64,000 nucleotides of DNA from Phaeosaccion multiseriatum (taxonomy: Eukaryota > Protista > Ochrophyta, other classes), in contig OZ218958.1 of NCBI GenBank assembly GCA_965112735.1, positions 434,001-498,000 of the forward strand, given 5' to 3'. The notes under the pieces were generated by a model. The model was not told the origin of the DNA. It saw nothing but the letters and a program-made list of their open reading frames with translations, and made no database searches. Of the stretch, positions 1-11,222 are shown one piece after another. Position numbers and translations under genes: made by a program. Numbering within the stretch: the first letter of the stretch is position 1; each line of letters opens with the position of its first letter.

Positions 1-1869
1 AAGGAAGGACGGAAGGAAGGAAGGAAGGAAGGAAGGAAGGAAGGAAGGAGGCTGGGAGGAAGCACATGTCAAGAGGGGTGGAGCAGAGCGCACCACCGTG
101 CTGCGGGGAAGCGCCCCATCGTTTCGTCGCTCCACGCCCTCCTGCGTTCTATCCGTAGCATAACCCTCTATCATCTCCCTCACCCCCTTCCTCCCTCCCT
201 CCCTTACCCCTCCCCTCCTCCCTCACCCCTTCATCCCTCCTCCCCCCTCACCTTCCATTGACGGCGACCATCCTGCCGCCCTCGACGAGCTCTGCCCTCC
301 TGTCCAGTGCCATCTCGATCGGCTTACCCCGCTCTCTCGCACTCGCTCACTCCCTCCCTCTGTATCGCCAAATCTCTTCCTCCCTCCCTCCCCTCCCTCA
401 CCGCAGCGGCTTGGCCGGAGTGCCGCTGTTGCCGCTGAGCTGTCACCGCCCCCCGCATCAGCAGCCCTTCCTCTCTGCAGCCCTCTGCCGCCCTTGCCCC
501 CTCTGCTGCTGCTGCTGGCGCTGCTGCTCATTCCGCCTCTCCACGGTGCGGGCGCTGCGAGCGCTGCCTGGCCTGCTGTCGAAGCAGAGCGGTGTACGCG
601 TCTGTGGCCCATGGACAGAGGGAGGGGGAGGGAGGAAAGGAGGGAGAGAGAGGGAGGGAGGGAGGGAAGAAAGGTGGGAGAGAGAGAGAGACGGGTGACG
701 AGAGCGAGAGAGAGAGGGAGAAGGAGGGAGAGGGAGGGAGAGAAAGCGAGAGAGAGTGATAAGAGAGAGCGAGAGCGACAGAGCGAGGGACAGAGAGAAA
801 GAAGGGCGAAGAGGACTCAATTGTTGATCATCCACCTTGGCGCCTTTGCGCCTTTGCCCCCCCAACATCCTGGTACCGACCCCCCTCCATCCCCACTCGG
901 CCTTGACAGCTTACGTCATGCTGTCATTCAGCCTTCAGCCCTCAGCTTTCATCTACAGCCACTTGCTTCCTTCCGTTCCTGCTGGACACGGTCAAAGTTG
1001 GGTATCGCGAGACCCATGCGCTGCAACAAGGCCGCGTGGGAGGAAGAGGAGAAGGAGGAGGAGGCACCCCTCACCCCTGCTTCCCCCATGGGCGCGCCTT
1101 CGACATTGACATCGGCATCGGCATCGGCATCGAGTTCGGTTTCGAGTTCGTCTACATGCTCTCCTCGCGACAGCATGCGGTTACCCACCCCCTCTCCTTC
1201 TCCCGCTGACGACGCGGAGCTCCTGTCTGCCCGGAGAATGAACGAGTTTGAGCGGCTGTGGGGGTGTGGGATATGGGGTATGGGAGGTGGGGTGGGCGGG
1301 GGAGGGGAAGGGAGTGGGCGAGTGGAGCTCTCCTGAAGAGGAGGTGAGGCTGTATCTAGCCGAAAGCAGGGGGCTCACAGCTTGGCTCGCTCACGAACCC
1401 CTCACGCAGTCGCCACCACTCACCTCAGTATTCGTGGTGCACCACGGGGCCAGGCCCTCGGAATCGGTCCAGGGGTGCTGGAAGAGCCGAGCCGTACCGG
1501 GGGAGGGAGGCTGATGCCCAGGCCCTGCAGGAGAAGGGAGGAGAAGCTGAAGGGCTCCGCTGGTCTCGCGGGAAGGAGATTCATCCATACAGCGGCTCCT
1601 GCTCCTGCTTGCCCTTCTCCTTTTCCTCCCACTGACCGTCCTCTGCTCTGCTTGCTCTCGCAGGAACTGCCCCCCCCCTGGGATCGGGATCTGTGAATCG
1701 GATCACCAAACCCAATGCCTTCAGAGGCCTCCATAACTAAACATATAGCGGGGAGGCCTGATAAGAAAGGCAGAGCGACCGATACTGCACAGGAGGCGCA
1801 GCAGGGAGAGGGCCTTCTGTAGCTCCCTTGTCAACACTACCGTCTCAAGGGAGGGGCCGCTTGCTCACC

Positions 1870-3549
1870 ATGGCGCAGCAGACAACGTTAACGCCCGAGG
1901 TACGACCTAGCGCCCACCTCTGAGACAGGTTTTCTTTGGAAAGCGTAGAGCAAGGCGAGGGTTCCTTCTGTGGATACGATAGCTGCGGTGGGAAGCTCAC
2001 GTGTCGACGGAACAGGCAGCTCTCCGTTGATCCCTTTTCATCCGGTGTATGCGCCTCTCCCCCCGCTTTTGAGAAAACAAATGGACTCTTGTGTTTCGAA
2101 GAGAGCAGAGCGAGGGAGGGTTTTGTGGTGGATAAGATGGCTGCGGTGGAATGCTCACGTATCGAAGCAGTGAGCAGCTTCCTGTTGATCCCTTACAGCC
2201 TATGTATATGCGTCTCTCCCCCCCATTCTCGTTTCCCTCAACAACACCAGGCGCGGCAGCTGGGGCAGGCCCTGGACAGATGGGAGAGCTTCCCCAATGT
2301 GGAAGCGCTGATTGTGAAGCTCATCGCCAAACATGGGAAAGCGAGTTTGGATCAGCCTATCGACGAAGAAGGATGTACCGCAATGCGTGTGGCTGCACAA
2401 CACGGTCGGCTGGATATCTTGGACCTTCTGCTGCGGGAAGGGGCCTCCTTCAGCACCAGACAGGGACCTCGCGGAACCACGCCGTTGATAGCCGCTAGCT
2501 TAATGGGACACGATCAGGTGGTGAGGCGGCTATTGGACATGGGAGCCCCTGTCGACCAAGCGGATGCCACAGGCGCTACTCCCTTGTTTTTCGCATCAGG
2601 AATGGGGCACTCCACGACAGTGCAGCAGCTGCTCTCGGCGCGTGCTAGTGTCGACTTGACAAAGGAAGACGGTTGGTTTGCCTCTCAGAACGGACATGGC
2701 TCTGTTGTAAGGCACCTCATCTCAGCCCAAGCGGATGTGGACAACGCAGATAATCGCGGGAGAACTCCGCTTCTGCAGGCATCGTTCTTTGGGCATGCGG
2801 GCATCGTACAGCAGCTCATCAGGGCCCACGCCAGCATCGACGAAGCTGACCTCGAAGGTGCTACCCCTCTTCACTTTGCCTGTCACGAAGGGCACGACGC
2901 CGTGGTGGAGAAGCTTCTCTCTGCGGGAGCACGTGTGGACAACGCAGATAATCGCGGGGCTACTCCGCTTCTGCAGGCATCGTTCAATGGGCATGCGGGC
3001 ATCGTACAGCAGCTCATCAGGGCCCACGCCAGCATCGACGAAGCTAACCTCCAAGGTGGTACCCCTCTTCACGGTGCCTGTCAGAAAGGGTATGACGCCG
3101 TGGTGGAGAAGCTTCTCTCTGCGGGAGCACGTGTGGACAAAAGGACCAACACTGGCGCTTCAGCCCTCTACCTGGCAGCGCACCATGGGCACGAGGCCGT
3201 CGTCGCTCGTCTCATCTCTGCGGGATCCCCCATCGATATCACGGAATCAGACGGTGCCACCCCTCTCCTTGCTGCCATCTCCAGAGACCACGGCACTGCG
3301 CGGCAGCTCCTCTCCGCCGGTGCTTCGGTGGACAAGGCCTTGGCTGGGGCACGGCGGTATCAGCTCGGCCGGGACATCGAGCAGCGACTTATGGAGGCGG
3401 CAGCAGCCTTCTTCCGGTCCCAAACCGCGCTGGACCTCATGCGCAGGACGGATCCGACCTTCGGCAAGGAGAGCGGAATCCTGCCGCTGGAGAGGCCCTG
3501 GAGTGTGGGGAGCGAGACGTGGGAGGGCATGGCGGAGGAGATGGGCTGA
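1870..3549 (+). CDS. Ankyrin-repeat protein copy 1 (intact); model join(1870..1899,2251..3549), ~10 ANK repeats
   Basis: Repeated G-x-TPL-xx-A-xxx-GH-xx-V-xx-LL motifs in ORF 1936..3549. Upstream mini-exon MAQQTTLTPE ends GAG|GTACGA and splices in phase 0 to caccag|GCG at 2251. The same exon/intron arrangement is conserved in all three copies. Confidence 0.85.
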
Positions 3550-4449
3550 GGGAGTAGGAGGGATGTGCGAGGTGGGGGCTGGTAGCTAGGGCAACGACGA
3601 CTTTGGCAACGAAAGAGTACCGCTCCAGCTTGCTCGCTTGCACCAGTCATGCAGCCCATGCGAGTGAGCCTGTACATCAGGATGCGATTTGAGAGAGAGA
3701 CTGCCCTCGGCCCACTGGCTTGGTGTAGGAGCGGTGAAGTGATTGCGATGCTCTGTCGCAAAGAGGAGTCGGAGAACAGGAGGTAGGGGGTCCGGGGGGG
3801 AGGGGAGTCACGTGTGTAGCTTACGGGACCAATGGATGCAGTGTATAGCTTGAGGGGGGGGGGGGGTGAGAGGGAAGTGAGCTCGTTTGAAGGGGGGAGA
3901 GTGTAATCCCGATGGATAGAGGCCGAGGGCTTCCTGGGTGGGGCATGCGGGCACAGCAAGTAGTCGTAGCTTATGAGAAGGGTATTGCCCTGCTAAACAC
4001 AGAGTGGTAACGGTGAAAGCCGGGTCCTTGGCGGGGGTTGTGCTCGTGTGGAGGCCTAAGGCAAGCTCCGCTGCACCCAGTGTATGCGTATTCAGTGACT
4101 GATGAAACACTTTACTATTTCCAAGATTACGTAATCTAACGAGATGAGCTGGTACTCAGTGACTTCCCCAGTGCTCTGCTACTTTTTGGTCTCTACCCCT
4201 TCGTCTTAAGAGAGCCCTGTCCTCGGCAATATCAAGTGAAGATCAGAAAGAAGCGTACGGGTGAGCCCTGTTTCCCAGCGGACGGAAGAGAGTAGCGGGG
4301 AGGCCGTGGATACGGAGTGCCGCAATTATATCCATCTGTGAATCGTGCTGCTTGCCTCTCGACCTTGGAGAAGTGGATACACTGCCTTTATGCTCTCTGG
4401 ACTTCGTTTATGGAATAGAGCTAGAAAGCGAATACGTGGGTGAGTGAGT

Positions 4450-7400
4450 GAGGATGGGTTCCTCGTCTACCTGCCCTGCCCGCCTCTTCCTCATCCTCTT
4501 CCTCATCCTCCTCATCCTACTCCTCCTCTTGCCCCTCCTCCTGCTACCCTCCCTCGTGGCGTCCCTCCCTCCTCTCCCCCACTACCTCCGCCTTCACCTC
4601 TCCCACCCGACTCACAGGGGCTGACTCCGGCCCAGCACCAACCCCGCTACCACCACCACTACCACCAATGATACCTCCTCCTTCTCTCCTGCCCGGCCCT
4701 GTGACGGGGCTTCCAATGGGCCTCTGCTGATACCCAAGTCCAATGCCTTGTCCTCCCCTCCCACCCCCTCTCCCCCTCCTGCTGTTGGTGATACTGAAGC
4801 CATTTGTGACGCCCCACTCCCCCTCCTCCTGAGTGTTGGAGCCATAGACAGAAACAGAGGCAGAGCTTCTCCCCCCCCCCCCCCAATGGCGAGATTGAGA
4901 ACGCTCCGATGACTCATGCTCCCCCCTCCCCCTGGCCCTCCACCCAGCGTATCCTCCTTCCGCCCCCTCCTCTCCGCACCGGGGGATCGCGAGGCCCGGA
5001 ACGATCGCAGACCGCTCCGCGCTGAGTCCAAGGGGGCTGGTCGAAGCTGTTGTACCGATCTGGAACGGTCCCTGTGCAAGGAAGGCACTCCGGTGGCGGC
5101 GGCGGGAGGACATTCTTCGATGATGCGTACTTGTTCTCTGGCAGCAGGGGAGAAAGGGGAAAACGGGTGGACAGAGGGGACGGGGAGGAGAGGGTGGAGA
5201 GGGTGGAGAGAGAGAAGAGAGGGGGGGGGAAGGTCGTCAGAGTGGACGCTAAGTCAATGAGTGGAAAGAAAGAAGGAAGGAAGGAAGCAAGGAAGGAAGG
5301 AAGGAAGGGAGGAAGGAAGGAAGGAAGGAAGGAAGGAAGGAAGGAAGGAAGGAAGGAAGGAAGGAAGGAAGGAAGGAAGGAAGGAAGGAAGGAGGGAGGG
5401 AGGGAGGGAGGGAGGGAGGGAGGGTGGAAGGAAGGAAGGAGGGAGGGAGGAAGCGTATGCCATGAGGGGTAGAGCATAGCGCACCACCGTGCTGTGGGGA
5501 GTCACCCCATCGTTTCGTCGGTCCATCTCCTCGTGCGTTGGATCCATAGCATAGCCTACCCTCTGCCATCTCCCTCACCCCCTCCCTCCCTCCCTCCCTC
5601 ACCCCTTCACCCCTCCTCCCCCCTCACCTTCCATTGACGGCGAACATCTTGCCGCCCTCAACGAGCTCTGCTCTCCTGTCCAGTGCCATCTGCATCTGCT
5701 TACCCCACTCGGCACATCGTCTCGAGATACAACAGTTGGTGGTTTAGCAGCAGCGGCCGTCACCGGCCTTGCTCCTCCTCTGGCTGTGCTGGATCCAACC
5801 AAGCCTGTCGCCGCGATGGCCGCTGCTCGCCGCTGCTGCTGCTTCTCCCGACGACTCCGAAGTTTGGCCTTTGGGACGAGAGATGGGGAGTAGAACGGAG
5901 GGGGACAGAGCCACGTAGAGCAGGGGATCGAGTAGACACGAATGTTGCGGCAGCGCAGCAGAGTAGTAGAGCACAAGTGGGACCGGGTACGGGGCGCGAG
6001 GGCATCAATCATACATTCAATACACACGTCGCTGTCTTCTCTGTTGCGAGACCGCACTGCCGTGCTGGCGGCGCTGCTACCCTTCTTCCTTCCTCCCCCC
6101 CCCCGCTCTCGCTACCTCACTTCCTTCCGCACTCATTCACTCCCTCGCGCTTTCACCCCCGCTCTCTCTACCTCACTCCCTCCGTCACTCTCGCACTCGC
6201 TCACTCCCTCCCTCTGTATCACCAACTCCCTCCCTCCCTCCCTCCCCTCCCTCACCGCAGAGGCTTGACCGGATTGCTGCTGTTGCTGCAGAACCGCCGC
6301 CGCCCCCCTCATCAGCAGCCCTCCCTCTCTGCCGCCCTAGCCCCCGCTGCGCTGCTGCTGCCGCTGCTCATTCCGCCTCTTCATGGCGCGGGCGCTGCGA
6401 GCGCTGCCTGGCCTGCTGTCGAAGCAGAGCGGTGTTCGCGTCTGTGGCCCACGGACAGAGAGAGGGGGAGGGAGGAAAGGAGGGAGAGAGAGGGAGAGGT
6501 AAAAGAGAGTCACAGCGATAGAGAGAGGGACAGAGAGAAAGAAGGGCGAAAAGGACTTAATTGTTGATCATCCAGTTTGGCGCCTTTGCGCCTTTGCCCC
6601 CCCAACATCCTGGTACCGACCCCCTTTCATCCCCACGCGGCCTTGACAGCTTACGTCATGCTGTAATTCAGCCTTCAGCCCTCAACTTTCATCTACAGAC
6701 ACTTGCTTCCTTCCGTACCTGCTCACCCTACCCCCCCTGGGTCTGCCCGGCGCCCCCCTCCATCGGAGGCCGAGCGCTGGCATGCCGAGTCGTCTGTCCC
6801 CGCCTAGAGTCCTCCCCTCTAGTCGCTCGGGTCCTCCGTCCTCCTGCGTAGTCCTTCTCCTCCTCACCCCTGAGCATCTCCAGCTCCCGCTGCAGGTCTT
6901 CATGCTGCTGCACACGGTCAAAGTTGGGTATCGCGATACCCATGCGCTGCAACAAGGCCGCGTGGGAGGCCGAGGAGAAGGAGGAGGAGGCACCCCTCAC
7001 CCCTGCTTCCCCCAGGGGTGCGCCTTCGACATTGACATTGACACCGGCATCGGCATCGAGTTCGGTTTCGAGTTCGTCTACATGCCCTCCTCGCGACGGC
7101 ATGCGGCTACCCACGCCGGCTCCTTCTCCCTTTCCTTCTCCCGCTGACGACGCGGAGCTCCTGTCTGCCCGGAGAATGAACGAGTTTGAGCGGCTGTGGG
7201 GGTGTGGGATATGGGGTATGGGGGGTGGGGTGGGCGGGGGAGGGGAAGCGAGTGGGCGAGTGGAGCTCTTCTTAAGAGGAACTGAGGCTGTAGCTAGCCG
7301 AAAGCAGGGGCCTCACAGCTTGGCTCGCTCACGCACCCCCCACGCACTCGCCACCACTCACCTCAGCATTCGTGGTGCTCCACGGGGCCAGGCCCTCGGA

Positions 7401-8308
7401 ATCGGTCCAGGGGTGCTGGAAGAGCAGAGCCGTAGCGGGGGAGGGAGTGCTGATGCCCAGGCCCTGCAAGAGAAGGGGGGAGAAGGTGAAGGACTCCGCT
7501 GGCTTCGCGGGGGGGAGAGGAGTCCATACAGCGGCTCCTGCTCCTGCTTGCCCTTCTCCTTCTCCTCCCACTGCTCCTGCTGCTCCTGCTTCTTGTGCTG
7601 CTAACTGCCGCGGATGCTGCTGGAGCTTCTGCTCGTCCGCTCCACCCTGCTCCTTCTCCTCCAGCGGTTGCTACTGCTGCTCCAAAGCCCCCCTTGTTCT
7701 GTGCCCCGCATCCTCTATTGACCCCTCCTTGTCCCTCGTCATTCTCGGATGTTCCCAGCGGCATCAAGGCTGGGGAAGTCGTGGTGCGAACTGGACTAGT
7801 GCGGAGGAGGGGCACAGTCTCTTGGTAGTCATCACAAAGACGGCATCCATTGCGGGCGATAGCCCCTTCACCCCCCCTGCCGGATGAGGAGCCGGGGCGC
7901 TCATGGGACGAGTCCGGTTGAGGCTTGGCCGTGAAGCCGCGTGGATGGAAGCCAAGAAGGAAAGGAGGTGGAAGTGACGGGCTGCGGAGATTTTGGGGGG
8001 GAAGAAGGCAGAGGGTTAGGCCGGTAAGTACCGCGAGTAGAAGCGGACATGATGCGAGGAGGGGAATGACCAGCCTCCAGCAAGTTCATAGAGCAAAGGA
8101 CGCACTAGCCTTTCCTTACCTTGTGAGACTCGTGGGAAAAGCTGGGTGGACCGGAGGAGAAACGTGTAGGAGCGGATGAGCCCATCACGCCCAGTAACAG
8201 CCCGGATGGAGAAGAGGCGGCAGGAGCAGCAGTAGGAGCCGCGTCGCAGCAGCAGCCACAAGAATGGGCTCCAAAGGCTGGGCCTTGCAAAGTGTCCTGG
8301 TCGATCAT
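4450..8308 (-). pseudogene. Degenerate multi-exon gene of unknown function, head-to-head with ankyrin copy 2 (paralogues at ~1..1630 and ~11220..15030)
   Basis: Conserved minus-strand coding-like blocks (AALLQRMGIAIPNFDRVQQHEDLQRELEMLRG; PPTVVSRDDV; ENKYASSKNVLPPPPPECLPC) end at GT donors (AAG|GTAAGG near 8120, CAG|GTACGG near 6719, |GTGAGG near 5628). Frames break differently in each copy. Confidence 0.45.
5273..5391. repeat. (AAGG)n microsatellite (also 1-48 and ~12015-12098)
   Basis: Direct reading of the tetranucleotide run. Confidence 0.95.
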
Positions 8309-8656
8309 TCTCGTCGTTGCCCTGAGCTGGCTGCGGGCTGCTTGATCGTGTGTCGCGTAGCCACTACACCTCCTCTGGCTGCGTGTTGCGTGTGCTGCCT
8401 ACGCCATCAGTGCCCCATGTCCCACGAGCGTATCTTTCTCTTCCAAGGTTTGGTGCAGAGCGAAAGGGAGAGAGGCCTCCCCTGGAGATCGGCATCTGTG
8501 ATTAGAGCATTCAAGCCCCCCAATGCCTCCAGAGGCCTCCAACAGCTTTATACACGGGCAGGGCCGTGACAGGCAGCACAACCGACTACTGCTCAGTAGC
8601 CCACTGTGGGCCCCTTGTCAGCACTACCGTCTCAAGAGCGGGGCCGCTTGCTCACC

Positions 8657-10137
8657 ATGGCACAGCAGGCAACTTTAACGCCCGAGGTACGACCTAGCGC
8701 CCTCTTGTAGGACGACTCACTGTGCTTCAGAGAGAAGAAGCGCAAGGAGAGAGGAGAGGATGGTAGACACGACAGATGCGGTAGAAAGCTCCCATATCGC
8801 TTCCGATGCAGTAACCAGCTTTCTGCTGGTCCCTGTACGTGTCTCTTCCCCGCGTTTGAAGCACAGTACGAGGCTGATGTGAATAAAAGCGAGGGGGGGC
8901 TTTGCGCGTACGATGGCTGCGGTGGGATGCGCACGTATCGAAGCAGTGAGCAGCTTCCTGTTGATCCCTTATAGCCTATGTTTATGCGTCTCTTCCCCCC
9001 ATTTCGCTCAACAACACCAGGCGCGGCAGCTGGGGCAGGCCCTGGACAGAGGAGACAGCTTCCCCACTGTGAAAGCGCTGATTCGGAAGCTCATCGCCAA
9101 ACGTGGTAAAGCAAGTTTGGATCAGCCTATCTACGAAGAAGGACATACCGCTATGCTTGTGGCTGCACAATACGGTCGGCTGGATGTCATGGACCTTCTG
9201 CTGCGGGAAGGGGCCTCTTTCAGCACCAGAGGGGGACCCGTTAGAAACACGCCATTGATAATAGCTAGCGCCCAGGGACACGATCAGGTGGTGAGGCGGC
9301 TGTTGGTTATGGGAGCCCCTGTCGACCAAGCGGATGCCAAAGGAGTTACTCCCTTGATTGTAGCGTCGGAAAGGGGGCACTCCACGACAGTGCAGCAGCT
9401 GCTCTCGGCGCGCGCTAGTGTCGACTTGGCCGACGAAAAGGGGCTTTCTCCGATTTGGATGGCCTCTCAGAACGGACATAGCTCTGTTGTAAGGCACCTC
9501 ATCTCAGCCAAAGCGGATGTGAACCACGCAGATAATCTCGGGAGAACTCCGCTTCATCAGGCATCGCTCAATGGGCATGCGGGCATCGTACAGCAGCTCA
9601 TCAGGGCCCACGCCATCATCGACAAAGCTAACGTCCACGGTGTCACTCCTCTTTCACCTTGCCTGTCAGGAAGGGCACGACGCCGTGGTGGGAAAGCTTC
9701 TCTCTGCGGGAGCACGTGTGGACAAAAGGACCAACACTGGCGCTTCACCCCTCTACCTTGCAGCGCACCAGGGGCAGGAGGCCATCGTCGCTCGTCTCAT
9801 CTCTGCGGGATCCCCCATCGATATCCCGGCATCAGACGGTGACACCCCTCTCTTTGTTGCCATCTTCAGAGACCACCACGGCACTGCGCGGCAGCTCCTC
9901 TCGGCCGATGCTTCGGTGGACAAGGCCTTGGCTTCGGCACGGCTGCTTAGTGTTGAGTCTGAGTTTGAGCAACGAATTATGGAGGCGGCAGCAGCCTTCT
10001 CCCGGTCCCAAACCGCGCTGGACCTCATGCGAAGGACGGATCCGACCTTCGGCAAGGAGAGCGGAATCCTGCCGCTGGAGAGGCCCTGGAGTGTGGGGAG
10101 CGAGACGTGGGAGAGCATGGCGGAGGAGATGGGCTGA
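8657..10137 (+). pseudogene. Ankyrin-repeat gene copy 2; join(8657..8686,9021..10137) with a +1 frameshift at ~9652-9654 (pseudogene or sequencing error)
   Basis: Paralogous to copy 1. 'cct ctt tca cct' has one extra T relative to 'cct ctt cac' in copy 1, which splits the ORF into 8913..9842 and 9571..10137. Confidence 0.8.
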
Positions 10138-11000
10138 GCGAGTAGGAGGGATGTGCGAGGTGGGGGCTGGTAGGGGCAACGACGACTTTGGCAACGAAAG
10201 AGTACCGCTCCAGCTTGCTCGCTGGCACCAGTCATGCAGCCCATGCGAGTGAGACTGTGCATCAGGATGCGATGCGAGAGAGAGACAGCCCACGGCACAC
10301 TGGCTTGGTGTAAGAGCGGTGAAGTGATTGCGATGCTCTGTCGCGGAGAGGAGGGAGTACAGCAGGAGGTAGGGGGTCCGGGGGGGAGGGGAGTCACGTG
10401 TGTAGCTTACGGGACCAATGGATGCAGTGTATAGCTTGAGGGGGGGGGGTGAGAGGGAAGGTCAGTGCGTTTGAAGGGGGGAGAGTGTAATCCCGATGGA
10501 TAGAGGCCGAGGGCTTCCTGGGTGGGGCATGCGGGCACAGCAAGTAGTCGCAGCTTAGAGAAGGGTATTGCCCTGCTAAACACAGAGTGGTAACGGTGAA
10601 AGCCAGGTCCTAGGCGGGGGTTGTGCTCGTGTGGAGGCCAAAGGCAAGCTCCCCCCAATCGAGTCTATGCGTACTCAGTGACTGACGAAACACTTTCCTT
10701 TTTCCAAGATTACGTAAACTAACGAGATGAGCTGGTACTCAGTGACTTCCCCAGTGCCCTGCTACTTTTTGGTCTCTACCCCTTCGTCTTAAGAGAGCCC
10801 TGTCCTCGGCAATATCGAGTGGGGATCAGAAAGAAGCATTCGGGTGAGCCATGTTTCCCAGCGGATGGAAGTGGGTACGGAGTGCCGAAATTGTATCCAT
10901 CTGTGAATCTTGCTGCTTGCCTCTCGACCTTGGAGAAGCATGTGTATTACATTTGCTCTCTGGACTTCGTTTATAGAATAGAGCTAGAAAGTGAATACGT

Positions 11001-11222
11001 GAGTGAGTGAGTGAGTGAGTGAGTGAGTGAGTGAGTGAGTGAGTGAGTGAGTGAGTGAGTGAGTGAGTGAGTGAGTGAGTGAGTGAGTGAGTGAGTGAGT
11101 GAGTGAGTGAGTGAGTGAGTGAGTGAGTGAGTGAGTGAGTGAGTGAGTGAGTGAGTGAGTGAGTGAGTGAGTGAGTGAGTGAGTGAGTGAGTGAGTGAGT
11201 GAGTGAGTGAGTGATTGAGTGA
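11001..11222. repeat. (GAGT)n microsatellite, ~220 bp
   Basis: Near-perfect run. The paralogous site at ~4437-4452 has only 2-3 units. Confidence 0.97.

Noticed and set aside
1936-2250. N-terminal extension of ankyrin ORF 1936..3549
   Set aside because: Lies in the predicted intron (1900..2250); the frame is not conserved across paralogues.
3645-3786. Possible extra 3' exon of the ankyrin genes (QPMRVSLYIRMRFERETALGPLAWC...)
   Set aside because: Conserved in copy 2 and preceded by an AG, but only a weak in-phase donor is available; cannot be supported without transcripts.
4914-5602. ORFs with PSFL/EGRK, HSLT, poly-L and VC repeats (also 10984, 38382, 38837, 43518, 58184)
   Set aside because: Translations of (AAGG)n, (GAGT)n, (CTA)n, (GT)n and (ACTC)n microsatellites.
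2251-10137. Diversity-generating retroelement as the cause of ankyrin variability
   Set aside because: Substitutions are not adenine-restricted, and no template repeat or DGR-type RT is present in the window.
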